Shown here: positions 1 to 13,225 of the stretch, in pieces
Layout of the letters: each line of letters begins with the position of its first letter
Position numbering within the stretch: the stretch's first letter is position 1
Source of the DNA: Tubulanus polymorphus
Taxonomy: Eukaryota; Animalia; Nemertea
Direction of reading: 5' to 3'
NCBI RefSeq assembly: GCF_964204645.1
Contig: NC_134026.1
Span: 31,334,250-31,398,249, forward strand
DNA: 64,000 nucleotides
The notes under the pieces: generated by a model
The model's input: only the letters and a program-made list of their open reading frames with translations
Told to the model about the DNA's origin: nothing
The model's database searches: none
Translations under genes and position numbers: made by a program

Positions 1-1116
1 GACTCAATATTCTCAGGCCAGTATCGTGTCTGTTCGTGTCACTAGCTTGGAATTTATTCAACTTGACAGATTTTTGACAAGGAACATGATACAATATAAA
101 ATCAGCTCTCATAGTTTCACTATCTCTTGCAGGAAGCTACAGTGACAGTCGTTGAAACTGAGCGCTGTGACAATGAAGTCGATTTCATTGTGCGGCCGGA
201 TTTCTGCCCAAATATAATTCAGGAAGGTTTTAAAAGTCTAGTCATGTTTGCACGAAATCCACGGTTTACACAAAACTCATCAAAATAAGACTTTTATATC
301 TTTAGAATAGTTTGAACGTGATATCTGCGCATAAACAGACAATATTGTATGTTCTCTGCTCAAACGATAAGAAATGACGGACATTCTCTCGCCTGCTGCT
401 GACGTTCTGTGACCTTGACCGAATGACGAACCAATGAAGCGTTGGATTGTCAGTGAATCCTGGTCGCGGGAAACAGATGACGAACAACTCAAGCGTTTCT
501 AAGGATTCTTTCTCTGATATCATCATGCATGGCAAATTTAATCAAGGTCCTGAGGCCAGGGTTGCTCAAAGATTGTTTACTGGTGGACAAACTCCAAACA
601 CCCCGGTCCGCATTGGAGAGCCATAGCAATAATAGGTTCTGGTGAAGATCCAGTCCTCATCCCGGCTATAGCTACAATAGGTTTAAACTGCAGTCCATAC
701 CCCGGTCCGCTCGATAGGCATATCTCAAGCTCAGATAAGTGGAAATTAAGGAGCTGAAAATGACTCGACAAAAACTCTGAAAATTCTAAATGGCTGCAGA
801 TGGTGAATTGTCATGAAGTGTCAATTCAAGCTTCACTAATGACACCGGGAAAATACAAAGTAAAATGGCAGAATTTGGTCTGCTCATTAAAGCGAGCTCT
901 TTTTTTTCTTTCAGTCACCGTTGAACCCATGGAGACACAACAATCGTGCTGTAATACAGGTAATAAAGCACGTGTTATAGTAACGAGACGAGAACAGACC
1001 CGGTAATAAAACCGGTGCCTATTCAACTGTGACTGATCCGTCAGTTATACTGTCATCACTGTTTAAAACTCTTTAAAATCGCGAATCCGATTGGAATGAA
1101 TTTTGTGCCGTTGAAG

Positions 1117-1427
<311 letters not shown>

Positions 1428-1717
1428 GGATGTCAGCGCAGAAGCTGGTTAATGAACTGTGTCAGATGAGGAAGAAATATCCGTGGAAATCCGTTCTGTG
1501 TGTGAGACTTTGAATCTCACGGTGTTTATCACTGAGACTCAGGCGGCGGTGACGACTCACGGAGTCAGTCACTTACATCTCCCCCTGACACACAGCGATG
1601 ACAGATGTAATTAGAAAGATTAAAGTTGGAATCCTATTAAGAGATTCTGAAATTGTAGTCAATTCTGAATCATCTTTCGAAGACTTAAAAATAATGAGCA
1701 ACATCAGCGTTACCATA

Positions 1718-2110
1718 GCTGCTGGTGGTGCTGGTACAGCTGCTGCTGGGCTGGGCCGGTGGTGGACCGGGTGCGGGAACTGCTGCGGGTGGTGCTGCTG
1801 GTGGTGCTGGTACAGCTGCTGCTGGGCTGGGCCGGTGGTGGACTGGGTGCGGGAACTGCTGCTGGTGCCGCTGCTGGTGGTGCTGGTACAGCTGCTGCTG
1901 GGCTGGGCTGGTGGTGGACTGGGTGCGGGAACTGCTGCTGGTGCCGCTGCTGGTGGTGCTGGTACAGCTGCTGCTGGGCTGGGCTGGTGGTGGACTGGGT
2001 GCGGGAACTGCTGCTGGTGGTGCTGCTGGTGGTGCTGGTACAGCTGCTGCTGGGCTGGGCCGGTGGTGGACTGGGTGCGGGAACTGCTGCTGGTGCCGCT
2101 GCTGGTGTTG
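1718..2110. repeat. GC-rich 76-bp minisatellite, ~5 copies
   Basis: GGTACAGC anchor recurs at 1733, 1809, 1885, 1961, 2037 (period 76). Similar (GCT/GGT)-rich low-complexity sequence at ~6185-6460. Confidence 0.92.
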
Positions 2111-2979
2111 GTATCCCTAAATGTAACTGATGCTGCAGTATTTTTGAATGCTGAATTTGTGTTTATGAACCACAAAACTTATTGTTTTATGTTAGAAACA
2201 CGTTTCCAGCGCTTTCTGCCTAATGATCAGCGGAAAAAATTGATCTTTTCCATTTGAAAATTTTCTCTAAATATATCGTATTTTGAGATCTCTGTTGTTG
2301 TTAGTTGTTGTTTAATCAATAACCACGTTTTCAGAAACAGTAGAATGCGGCATGATCGACATTGTTAACTGGTTGCGAAGCGACGCGAATCACGCGGCAC
2401 TAGTTTTAGTTCTACGAAAATCCGACAGAGAGCAGCACAACACGAAGCAGCAGTAACTCTTATGATATTCCTGGCGGGAAATAGTTAGAGAGATGGATAA
2501 CTGTGAAAGCTCAACATACTCAGACTCTTCGTGAGAGGTCTTTCGAGTATTATCAGACTTATTGAATTCGACAAAACTGAATTGAAGCGAAACATGAAAT
2601 ACATCGTCAACTTGTATATCTGATTGAAATTGTTGACTTTTGGCCGACGCCGGATCGAAATGATGGACCGTTTTCTTGCCCGAACCAAACATGCACGATA
2701 CTGTAATAACAGCAAATATTCTGTTATTGATTAAACGCTCTGTGAGTCCGTGTATAAAATCCCTGCAGCACCGAGAATAAACTTGTTTCTATCGAGCTAT
2801 AGCGGTTTATTTTTCCCCAACTTTTAACCCCAAGTTTGTATAACTTGTCCTAGAATGCGTATGTTTATATGTCATAGTTGTGTTTACCGCTCAAAGATAA
2901 ATTTTGACACTAATTATTTTTATTGTGAGATTTCATACTAAACCAACTATATTTCTTCGGCACTTCAATCAACCTTGAG

Positions 2980-3070
2980 TCCCCCCTCCCTCAGTCACCC
3001 CCCCTCCCTCAGTCACCCCCCCCCCCCTCAGTCACCCCCCCCCCCCCTCAGTCACCCCCCCCCCCCTCAG
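2980..3070. repeat. Short tandem repeat poly-C + CTCAGTCA
   Basis: Five units of C-run plus TCAGTCA. Confidence 0.85.
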
Positions 3071-3922
3071 TTCGCTTGTAAGGGCAACGTTTAACTAATA
3101 GGATACACGTACACATTGACTGTGTATCAGATTGGAAGAAGATATTTCACAAAATTCACTCTGTTTTCATTGTGCTAGCTAGAATTCCGTGACAATTATT
3201 ATCAACACTGAATCCACAGCCGCGCACGCGCACACATCGGTCACCGTCACCGCTGTTGTTTCCTTTTAAACTCGTCGAGTGCGAGTTGCAAATAATTACG
3301 TGTAGTGAAGAAAAAAGAATATTCACTCAGCGACAGAAATAGCTCCCAGCTAAAACAACTGTTGCTTCCGCGACATTGTCACATGGGGAACGGTAGAATA
3401 ATTGCAGACAATTTTCGCTAGAACAGTTTTCCAATTGGAGAGACTGGTGCGCGCGGCGCTGACTCGTAATGAGCTACAGGGGAAACTGACAAATTCAATT
3501 CAATAGGTCTACAACGGCGGCAACAAGTCACAAGATGGACGTTACAATGACCCGCGAGGCTGCACCGGCAGAATTCAATTGTTGAGCAAATTATCGGCGA
3601 CTCCTGATGGAAACTTGACTGTGAATACTGATTCGTTCCGATGGCCGACTGTAGGGAGTTAGGGTGCTAATAATCTAGACAAACTTTCCCTGTTCGGTAT
3701 TCACGTCATGGTTTGATGTGTTATGTTACTGTAGATTTGATGCCGGCCTCATTTTCGTGGTATCAATAAAACATGGAAGGTCTTTAATGAATAATTGAAC
3801 GATAGAACGTGATGTGTGTGTTTAACGGTGACTGAAGAGGCTGGACACCAAGCAGTCCGGATAATCTGACTGACTGAATGAAAATCCGCCATTTCTGTGG
3901 AAAATCTAGAATACCTTTCCAC

Positions 3923-4170
3923 TGTGAGTTAGAGTTTACTCTGAACTCTGGATCCAGTTCCACAATCGTGAGTTAGAGTTAACTCTGAACTCTGGATCCA
4001 GTTCCACAGTTGTGAGTTAGATTTAACTCTGAACTCAGGATCCAGTTCCACAGTTGTGAGTTAGAGTTAACTCTGAACTCAGGATCCAGTTCTACAGTTG
4101 TGAGTTAACTATGAACTCAGGATCCAGTTCCACAGTTGTGAGTTAGATTTAACTCTGAACTCGGGATCCA
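3923..4170. repeat. 44-bp minisatellite GTGAGTTAGAGTTAACTCTGAACTCAGGATCCAGTTCCACAGTT (ACTGTGGAACTG family)
   Basis: 5-6 tandem units; same family at ~12950-13225, 34140-34338 and 37190-37325 (the last two inverted). Confidence 0.9.
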
Positions 4171-5139
4171 GATCCAGATTCCAGATAACTTTGTGACTTA
4201 GAATCAATTCTAATGTTTTATTTAATTCTTAGTCAAAACTTAACTAATCAACTGTGGAACTGAACGACAGTGGAACTGAGCTCCAGTGGAACTGTGGAAC
4301 TGGTTAGCGGATAATGTGCGACAAGAGAGTGAAGACAGTTTGTTTTTGATGCTGTTTTGAAGCCTTTATGGTTTGTATAGAAATGTCGCAGTGTTTGAGG
4401 ACATGACGTTTGAATTATTTGCTTCAATGGAGGCTGCGACTTGCGTGTAGTGAACCGTGATGTCATTGTACACCCCCCCCCCCCCGAACATACCCTAAAC
4501 ACCTTAACAACATCGCAATATGAAACAGGGGGTTTTGAAATCAGAAATCTGTCGAATTTATAGAATCTTTGTTTATATCGAAGTACATTAGGAATTTCAG
4601 TTCCGGTTCAACGAAAAAGGGTTAAACTCAAATTTTTTGGCTTCATATTTACAATATCGACAACAATTAAAACTTCATCATTTTTTTAGAGAAAACATCT
4701 TTATATACGGGAAGCTGAACCCAGGTAAACAACTTTCCATCCATCCCGCAACCAGCCCACATCAGCCTGAACCAGCCTGAACCAGCCTGAACCAGCAAAC
4801 GGTAATTGCAATCATTAACGAATCAAGTTATCAGACATCGGACATCAGACATGAGATCGTGCAGCAGATAGAATCCCCTCTCCACTCATAATGATCACTT
4901 ATCATCGAGTTCGCTCATCAGACGAGACTTCTCTAGCAGGGTTTGATGAAGCAACAAGTTGTTTTTAAACACGACACAATTTCGCCCCTCAGAGGTGAGA
5001 CTTGTAGCTGCAATCATGTGACATGTGTGTACATACGGCTCATCAGACAGTCACCTGTCCACTCTAATCAGTCGTCATAGCAACGTTTTCGACAATTTTC
5101 CAGCCGGGTGAAAGTGAACTTGTTTGAGCCACGAGCATC

Positions 5140-5297
5140 AGACAGGCGGACAGACAGGCAGGCAGGCAGGCAGGCGGACAGCCAGACAGGCGGACAGACA
5201 GCCAGACAGGTGGACAGACAGGCAGACAGACAGACAGACAGACAGGCGGACAGACAGACAGACAGACAGACAGACAGGCGGACAGACAGACAGACAG
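5140..5297. repeat. (GACA/GGCA)n microsatellite
   Basis: Directly visible. Confidence 0.95.
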
Positions 5298-7315
5298 CAA
5301 TGCCATGAAGTTTACTCAAAATAATCCAATTTTTTGTGCTTCTTAATCATTTCTAGAGATATTTTCTGCAACTAAAAAACAAGTTGTAGAATTCTATAAG
5401 TTGAATCTTTACCCGTTTTTCGATGAATTAAGACAGTGCGTGTATAACTGGTAAATTGTTAATCCGAGGATTGTGGCTTCACGCGAATGATTGGAAAAAC
5501 CTCGTCCCATTATCCGTGATTGGTTGGGAATCATCGGAAAAAACAGAGCGCTGTCAAATAATATCTGCGCAGAGCTGTATCGTCACAACATTCTGCTGCT
5601 GCTGCTGCTGCTGCTGCGGCTGCGGCTGTTGTCTCCGCATATTTTTTTTCAATAAATGTCATTTGCAATATCTACTAATACACGAACCTAGCCTAAAGCA
5701 AAATATCTACGGAGAGTGGGAGAAAGAAAATAGAGCGAAAGGAGAGAGATTGTGTGAGGAGGACGGATAGGGAGATGGAGAGAGGTTGAGAGGAGAGAAA
5801 GGAGAGAGAGGAGAGAGGGGAAAGGGGAGATGGAGAGGAAGTTTTTCTATTTTTATCAGCGGTATTGTGTCCTGACGCGTAAACCTCTCTCATCACGTGG
5901 TACACGCTGATGGAGAGGGATTCCTCGTAGTCTGACTGTGAAAGCAACAGGTGACATTGATCAATTCCAAGCGGCAAACCTTTAATCTAGTTTTGAAGAA
6001 ATCGTGCTCAAGAGGCTAAAAGAATGATTGTCGGCTATAAATGTGGTTTGCATTGATCTTCGGCGAGTTCTAAAAACCTTAAACAAACATGTGGTTGGAG
6101 ACTGTGGTATAACCATGGTCAATATTAGAGCGCGCAAAATGAGGTGTTTACTGGTCAATAAAAATAAGTGCTACCGGTAGAAATTGGATCTGCTGCTGGT
6201 GCTGCTACTGGTGCAGGTGATGGGGCTGCTGGTAGCTGGTCGGACTGCTACTGCTGCTGGTGCAGGAAATGGGGCTGCTGCTGGGCTGCTACTGGTGCTG
6301 GTGCTGCTGGTGTGGGGTATTGCCTCTGGATTATTGGTGGTAGGGCTGGTTGGTTCAAGATTTTTGCTGGTAGGTGCTAGTGCTGGTGGTGCGGGTTGTT
6401 GCTGGTGCTGGTACTGGCAGTGCTACTGGGTGGTGTTGCTGGTGTTAGTGCTGGTATTACTGGATCCATGGTGGGATGCATATGTTATGGTAATGACCAG
6501 CCAGGACCCTCACCCTCAAAGGTTTAACTCAAGTCTTTGTTTAAATTGCTATTGGTTTAAATTCAATGAGTTCTAGGCCTGGGCGGGCCCAACAATGTTA
6601 ATTTGAAACTGACAGTCCGAGTCCATGTAGTAGTAACAATAGTTTAAGCTTCAAACGGTTTCACCTGATGAAGCTTCCACTATTAGTAAAAATAAATCTA
6701 GTTAAATCTTCAATATAGCCGTAGATACGAGTTGTAGGTATTCATCAGATACTCGTTTCACGTTTTGTAGAGATGATTGATATGATTGTCACTGTGTATC
6801 TCACTAAGTGTCTATGAGTTATACTAACTGTATAGACAGTATGTCAGATGTCACTGGTCGGGTCTCTAAAAGCAGGAAAGGAAGTAGATTCCAGCAAGGA
6901 AGTACTTAAGTCTCTGCCTGCTATTATCGGCTGCTATGTTGATTATTGTGAGTCTTGTCTTTCCATGGTTTGTTCCTTAGATCGTGATAGCGATGTTAAA
7001 TCACCGGTTTGTCGCAGTCGTCGCCGTGTGTAGACTTAACCTTCTCAGTTCATTAAAAACCTGACTGCGCTTTTTACAACTCGGGCAGAAACAGCTAATA
7101 GTAGTAGGAAAATCCCAAGTAAAATTCCAGTAAAATTACGGTAAAATCCCAAATCTTCACTATTCCTGAAAATGTCTATTAGAAAATAGTTGAAACGTTG
7201 AATAAACTACACTAGCTCCAGGAAACTCTTTTTATTCTAAGTGTGCAGGGATTTCATATTGTTTTTACAACACGGACTCAGAGTGTTTCATTAATGGTTA
7301 TAATGAGGACAACAT

Positions 7316-7945
7316 CAGTATTCCTGAAGATGACTATTAGGATAAAGTCGAAACGTTGAATAAACTACACTAGCTCAAGGAATACAGTATTCCTGAAGAT
7401 GACTATTAGAATAAAGTCGTAACGTTGAATAAACTACACTAGCTCAAGGAATACAGTATTCCTGAAGATGACTACTAGGATATAGTCGAAACGTTGAATA
7501 AACTACACTAGCTCAAGGAATACAGTATTCCTGAAGATGACATTAGGATGAAGTCGAAACGTTGAATAAACTACACTAGCTCAAGGAATACAGTATTCCT
7601 GAAGATGACTACTAGGATATAGTCGAAACGTTGAATAAACTACACTAGCTCAAGGAATACAGTATTCCTGAAGATGACTATTAGGACAAAGTCGAAACGT
7701 TGAATAAACTACACTAGCTCAAGGAATACAGTATTCCTGAAGATGACTATTAGGATAAAGTCGAAACGTTGAATAAACTACACTAGCTCAAGGAATACAG
7801 TATTCCTGAAGATGACTATTAGGATAAAGTCGAAACGTTGAATAAACTACACTAGCTCAAGGAATACAGTATTCCTGAAGATGACTATTAGGATAAAGTC
7901 GAAACGTTGAATAAACTACACTAACTCAAGAAACGTTTCAGACTC
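7316..7945 (+). ncRNA. Tandem array of nine 69-bp minimal type I hammerhead ribozyme units (PLE/retrozyme-like satellite)
   Basis: Unit: TATTC-CTGAAGA-T-GACT(attaggataa)AGTC-GAAA-CG-T-T-GAATA-AA. CUGANGA cores at 7324, 7393, 7462, 7531, 7599, 7668, 7737, 7806, 7875. Stem I TATTC/GAATA, stem II GACT/AGTC, palindromic ACGT in place of stem III. A degenerate upstream copy sits at ~7161-7220. Confidence 0.85.
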
Positions 7946-8885
7946 AGTTATGTTATGTTGTTTTCGACTGGGAACTGAGAGCGACGAAGACCTCTAAAGG
8001 ATACAAAAACATCAGGACAGGTTGAAGGTTTTTACCGTTACCATATACCTGTCACCTAAACCAGAAAAATGGTGCATTATCGTAAGATATTCTATGAATA
8101 TCAAATCAATATAGATCATTAATCTTACTGTCAATAGTAAGCACTGACCCCCTCGGAAACTAAGCAGGCTAAATTGAAATCTACAGCCGCCGTATTTCAG
8201 CCCTAATGGTCGTATTACTGCGTGGCCTGATGTATTGAGGATTAATATAAGACCGTGATAAAATAAACCCCCATCAGTTCATGAATAGCAATCCAAATTG
8301 ATAACGGGCTGTGAATTAAAGACAGATTGGTGGAAGGACAGTAGTGGAGCTCGATGTAGAATCCCAGTGGTCTTCTACTAATTGTATAAATTGGCTGAGA
8401 CACAGAGAGATAGAGAGAATGCTGGATTGTTCGTCTCAGCGCGCACTGGACTTCACCACTTCTTAGCCGCTGAATCCATTTAGAATTTCATTAAGTAGCC
8501 TTAATTACACTTTAATATTGACTGGTTGTTACATCAGGGTGTCGACGTATAAACTAGATTTATTGAACTGTAACACCAATAACGGCGCGCTGTGAATGTC
8601 TCAATCTATACTAAGTATACGTCACACTAGAAAATATCTAATTCCTGGACACTAGGAATAAAAATATTAATGAAGAGAGTCAGAAATATTGTTTCCTTGA
8701 GCTAATGGTTTATTAAAAGTATGGACTTAATCATAAATGTCATCTTCAGGAATATTTAGGAATTGTTTACTCCAAATCAAGTCTCTTGGTATAAAATCCC
8801 ACTCCTAAGAATGAAAAAGAAAGTCCGAAGTGTTTCCTTGAGCTAAAAGTTTTTTGTGGCCTTTCGACCTTATCCTGATAGTCAC

Positions 8886-9162
8886 GTTCAGGTCGCAGTT
8901 CCACTTTTAGGCCTGGCTAGAATTCTATAGAATTGACTTGTTGTTCTGTTCTGGATGAATAGTTGCGGGATTCCCATTCAAATGAATAATGACGTCACAG
9001 GAGATTCCACTCTATGAATTCCAGTCGAACACGTCAGTAATCAGACCGGTCAGTGTGGCCGAATGGTCGGACGATCGCCTCCGAGACCGGAGGTCCGAGA
9101 TCGAATCCTCGCTATGGTGCTCGACTTAGATGGAGGTCCGGCATCACCCCAAATAATTTTTT
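8886..9162 (+). mobile_element. ~270-bp dispersed repeat containing a tRNA-like segment (copy 1)
   Basis: Near-identical to 53982-54250. A-box-like TGGCCGAATGG and B-box-like GATCGAATCC lie within ~9047-9118. Confidence 0.7.
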
Positions 9163-9660
9163 TCTTCGATTATTCTGGCTTCATTTAATTTCTATTTGTT
9201 AATCAGCAGGGGCCAGTTGCACAGTCGTGACTTAAGTCCAAAATTAGTCTTAAATCTTAAGATTGGTCTTAAGTTGTAAGATTGGCTAAGCGGGTCGTGG
9301 GGTATATCTAGGGGTCGGTTCTGTATCTATTTGAGTCGATACAAGAAATTTCACTTTAAACTTACAATTAAATTGCTAATATCTGAAGATAAGAAACAAT
9401 CAAGTGTCAAAATCATTGATATTTAACGATAATATTATCTGATATATTGATACTGATATCTCGATACTTTTATATCGAGATAACTTATATCAACAAAATG
9501 TCAGTCATTTTAAAAGTACAAGAATCTATTATAGAGATTTAAGTCATGTTCTCATGATGCAGTTGAATGACATATTATTATTACTTTAAAGGTTAACTTG
9601 ACTTGGGTCAAAATTACGAGCTTTCGGTATAGTAGTTAGATTAGACCTGGTGAAGAAACA

Positions 9661-10112
9661 AGTTGGCCACAGTCGAGACTTTAGACCAAAAGTGGTCTTA
9701 AATCTGAAGACTGTTACATCTCTTTAGAACCAAAATGAGTTTAGACTGGTCTTCAGTTGTGAGATTTGTTAACGAACTAAGATGGTCTTAGACTGGTCTT
9801 AAGTTGTTAGATTGGCTATAGAACCAAAATGAGCTTGGACTGGTCTTAAGTTGTTAGATTGGCTATAGAACCAAAATGAGCTTAGACTGGTCTTAAGTTG
9901 TTAGATTGGCTATAGAACCAAAATGAGCTTAGACTGGTCTTAAGTTGTAGGATTGGTTATAGAACCAAAATGAGCTTGGACTGGTCTTAAGTTGTAGGAT
10001 TGGCTATAGAACCAAAATGAGTTTAGACTGGTCTTAAGTTGTTAGATTTGTTAACGAACTAAGATGGTCTTGGACTGGTCTCGAATCTAAGTCGCTCTGA
10101 CTGTGGAACTAG
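9661..10112. mobile_element. MITE-like palindromic element with an internal 47-bp tandem expansion
   Basis: Ends resemble CAGTT(N)CCACAGTC...GACTGTGGAACT. Internal unit ACTGGTCTTAAGTTGTTAGATTGGCTATAGAACCAAAATGAGCTTAG at 9792, 9839, 9886, 9933, 9980, 10027. Unexpanded relatives at ~9210-9290, 21400-21640, 38045-38165, 53140-53270. Confidence 0.7.
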
Positions 10113-10589
10113 CCTTACAGTATTTCTAACCTACACAGTTCTACTTCAGTTTACATGTTTACCGATGCGACGCCAGTTTCACACGCGGCTCCTCTACAAA
10201 TTTGATATCTATGTTTATTGATGGTTATATCTACCGAAGCAAATCAAGACAAATCGAGCGTTTGTATTGATGATACAGTCTCCTCGAGAAAATGAAAATC
10301 TAATTTTCTGTCGTCTCTTAATGCATTTCATAGATTTTACAGCAGAAGAATTAAACCCCGGTTCATTTACCTCTTTACTGTCAGATTATTGTGTGATTTC
10401 AATTTATCATTTGGGAACACATGTTAACTGTACCAATAAAAATCACCTCGATCTATTTTCATAGTCATGGCTCCGATTTAAGACCAATACGAGTGATCTT
10501 AAGACTGATCTTTTATGGTGATGTATCTACGTGTTTAAGATTGTCTATGGGACGAAGAGCGAAGATGGTCTTAAATTCAAGGTCGTAAC

Positions 10590-11120
10590 TTTGAAACTGA
10601 GTCCCGTAAATGTGGAACTGAGTTCATGACTGTGGAACTGAGTCCAGAACTGTGGAACTGGATCCAGAACTGTGAAACTGAGTCCTGAACTGTGGAACTG
10701 AGTTCAGAACTGTGGAACTGGGCCCAGAACTGTGGAACTGGATCCAGAACTGTGAAACTGAGTCCTGAACTGTGGAACTGAGTTCAGAACTGTGGAACTA
10801 GATCCAGAACTGTGGAACTGGGCCCAGAACTGGAATTGAGTCCAGAACTGCGGAACTGGACCCAGAACTGTGAAACTGAGTCCTGAACTGTGGAACTGAG
10901 TTCAGAACTGTGGAACTAGATCCAGAACTGTGGAACTGGGCCCAGAACTGGAATTGAGTCCAGAACTGCGTAACTGGACCCAGAACTGTGGAAGCAGGAA
11001 GCAGATGTGAAAGCTGGGTCTTGAACTGTGGAAGCTGGGCCTTCAACTGTGGAACTGAGTTGAGAACTGTGGAAGCTGGGCCTTCAACTGTGGAACTGAG
11101 TCGAGAACTGTGAAACTAAG
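10590..11120. repeat. 20-bp minisatellite (CAGAACTGTGGAACTGGATC-type)
   Basis: ~25 diverged tandem units sharing the ACTGTGGAACTG core. Confidence 0.92.
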
Positions 11121-12949
11121 TGGGATCCAATTCGAAGAAACTAACAAAGACAATTATCACAATTATCGCGACTATTTGGAGGTGACAATTGAATTGTAAA
11201 TGTTTAGAACGCGTAGGCGCTGCAGTCGTCGTAACAACCTGCTGGGCTGCAATCAGACTTAAGTTATTCGTCATTAGACTTTAGTTATTCGACATCAGAC
11301 ACCGAGTGAATTCTACCAATTAATTGAAATCATTCTCTAAATATTAACGCAGTGTTTGGCGATGCATAATTCATGAATGACCTGTTGGTCAACTTCAATA
11401 CTGACCTCGACCCAGGTGACACGCGACTACATTGAAACTCGCTGCTAATATGACTTATATATCCAAATGACGACTTACAATTTTAATAAACAGAATTGCA
11501 ATTCAGTTCACTAAAAGTGTAAGTCATCATTTGGATAAGTCATCCCATTACTGAAGTCGTTTCTATTTTCAAAATCAAAATCGAAGACAGATCAGATCAA
11601 AATCAGAGTCAAAATCTTCATTTCTAATTCAATTTACTAAAAATAAGTCGTCACTTGGAAAAAAGTCATTTCTAATTAATCAATATTTTCCTTAATTCAT
11701 TTTTCTCGAAGATGTCACTAGTACTATTACGAATATATAGTTGCGCAGTTATAATCAGAATGAATGTAGGTTGTAGTTTTATAGGACTCAGCCGTTATTG
11801 GTCTGACTTATTGCCGACCACTCAGTAATCATCAATTAATGTAACAGCACTTTCTCTGTTTTGCGGTTTATAGGAAAACAAGTCGTCCAGATAACAAAAT
11901 CAATGTTGATGCTATTAGCAACGCGCTAATTGGTATGTGAAACAGTCAGCTGATATTGTCTTTATTGCTATCGGTTCACATTTACTACGAATCTGTTGAA
12001 ATAAATGTCTCGGGAAAAAGCATCTCCTTCAACATCGGTCACGAATAAATTTCCCCGATACCGTTACATGTACAGGCAGTGTGTGCGTTTAATTTAGTTT
12101 ACGATTTCCAAAAAAAAAATCTTTACAAAAATGAAAAATTATTATACGTAAAAACTACATTGTTTTCAGAAAAAGGGTTTTTCATAGAAGTCAAAAATAT
12201 CTTCAATCACGTGTCTGATGCCGAATAGGAAAAATACTTAGCCTTGATTCAAAAATCAAACAGGAAAAATAAGTTTCTTAAGTCTGACGAACAACTTTTC
12301 AAAATGCGGGACAAGTTTTCCGCAATAGGGGACGCGAGTTGATCAGGGTACAAGTTGACTCTGGGTATTAGTTGATCTGGGAATTAATTAGTAAGACCTG
12401 CTACCGCAAAATATCATCAGCTTTAAGGGATTTTCTTTCGCATTTCGACGCCGTTCTCAACACTAGACTTCTTCAAAGTAACTTGAATCGAATGAAAGTT
12501 GTAAATATAATCAATCAGAGAGCTCTGGGGACGGTTGAAAGGAAGTCGTTAGAATGAGTCGTATAACACGTATACCACCTACCTGTTGCCTGTCCGTCCA
12601 GGAGTAAGATCCTTAAATGATAGCACGAGTAGTTAGACTAATAGCTGTCGCGGTAAGACGATTAAAATGGAATGTCACACTCTCACGGCTCACAGATAAC
12701 GACGGCACAATCCTAGCCTAACGCCCTATAGTCTGTTACACACGAGTAGATTAATTAAAAACGGGTGAGATGAAGTAAAGATGTTTCTGCAGGAAACTGA
12801 AAAGCTACTTATCAGGAATGTGGAGCAGTTCGCAGTGGCGCAGTGTCGGCTAATGTGCGCTGACACAACGATACGACAGACGCGCGCTACTGACAGACGA
12901 CATCATAGTTCTAATTTAAAGGGGTTCTTATTACAGTTAACTTCACGAT

Positions 12950-13225
12950 CTAGTTCCACAGTTTTGAGTTAGAGTTGACCCTGAACTCGGGACTCAATTC
13001 CACACTTGACCCTGAACTCGGGACCCAGTTCCACAGTTGACCCTGAACTCGGGACCCAGCTCCACAGTTAACCCTGAACTCGGGACACAGCTCCACAGTT
13101 AACTCTGAACTCAGGATCTAGCTCCACAGTTTTGAGTTAGAGTTAACTGTGAACTCAGCGTACAGTTCTACAGTGAGTAGTTGACCCTGAACTCGCGACT
13201 CAATTCCACAGTTGTGAGTTAGAGT
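12950..13225. repeat. Minisatellite of the CAGTTCCACAGTT/GAGTTAACTCTGAACTC family
   Basis: Tandem 32-44-bp units homologous to 3923-4170. Confidence 0.85.

Noticed and set aside
1573-2257. Overlapping 120-220-aa ORFs rich in Q/H/P or G/A/W/C
   Set aside because: Produced by a 76-bp tandem repeat (not a multiple of 3) that is open in several frames on both strands.
7316-7945. CRISPR-like appearance of the 69-bp arrays (also 46123-47265 and the 132-bp RPS12 repeat)
   Set aside because: Units are nearly identical over their whole length, with no unique spacers, no cas genes and a eukaryotic context.
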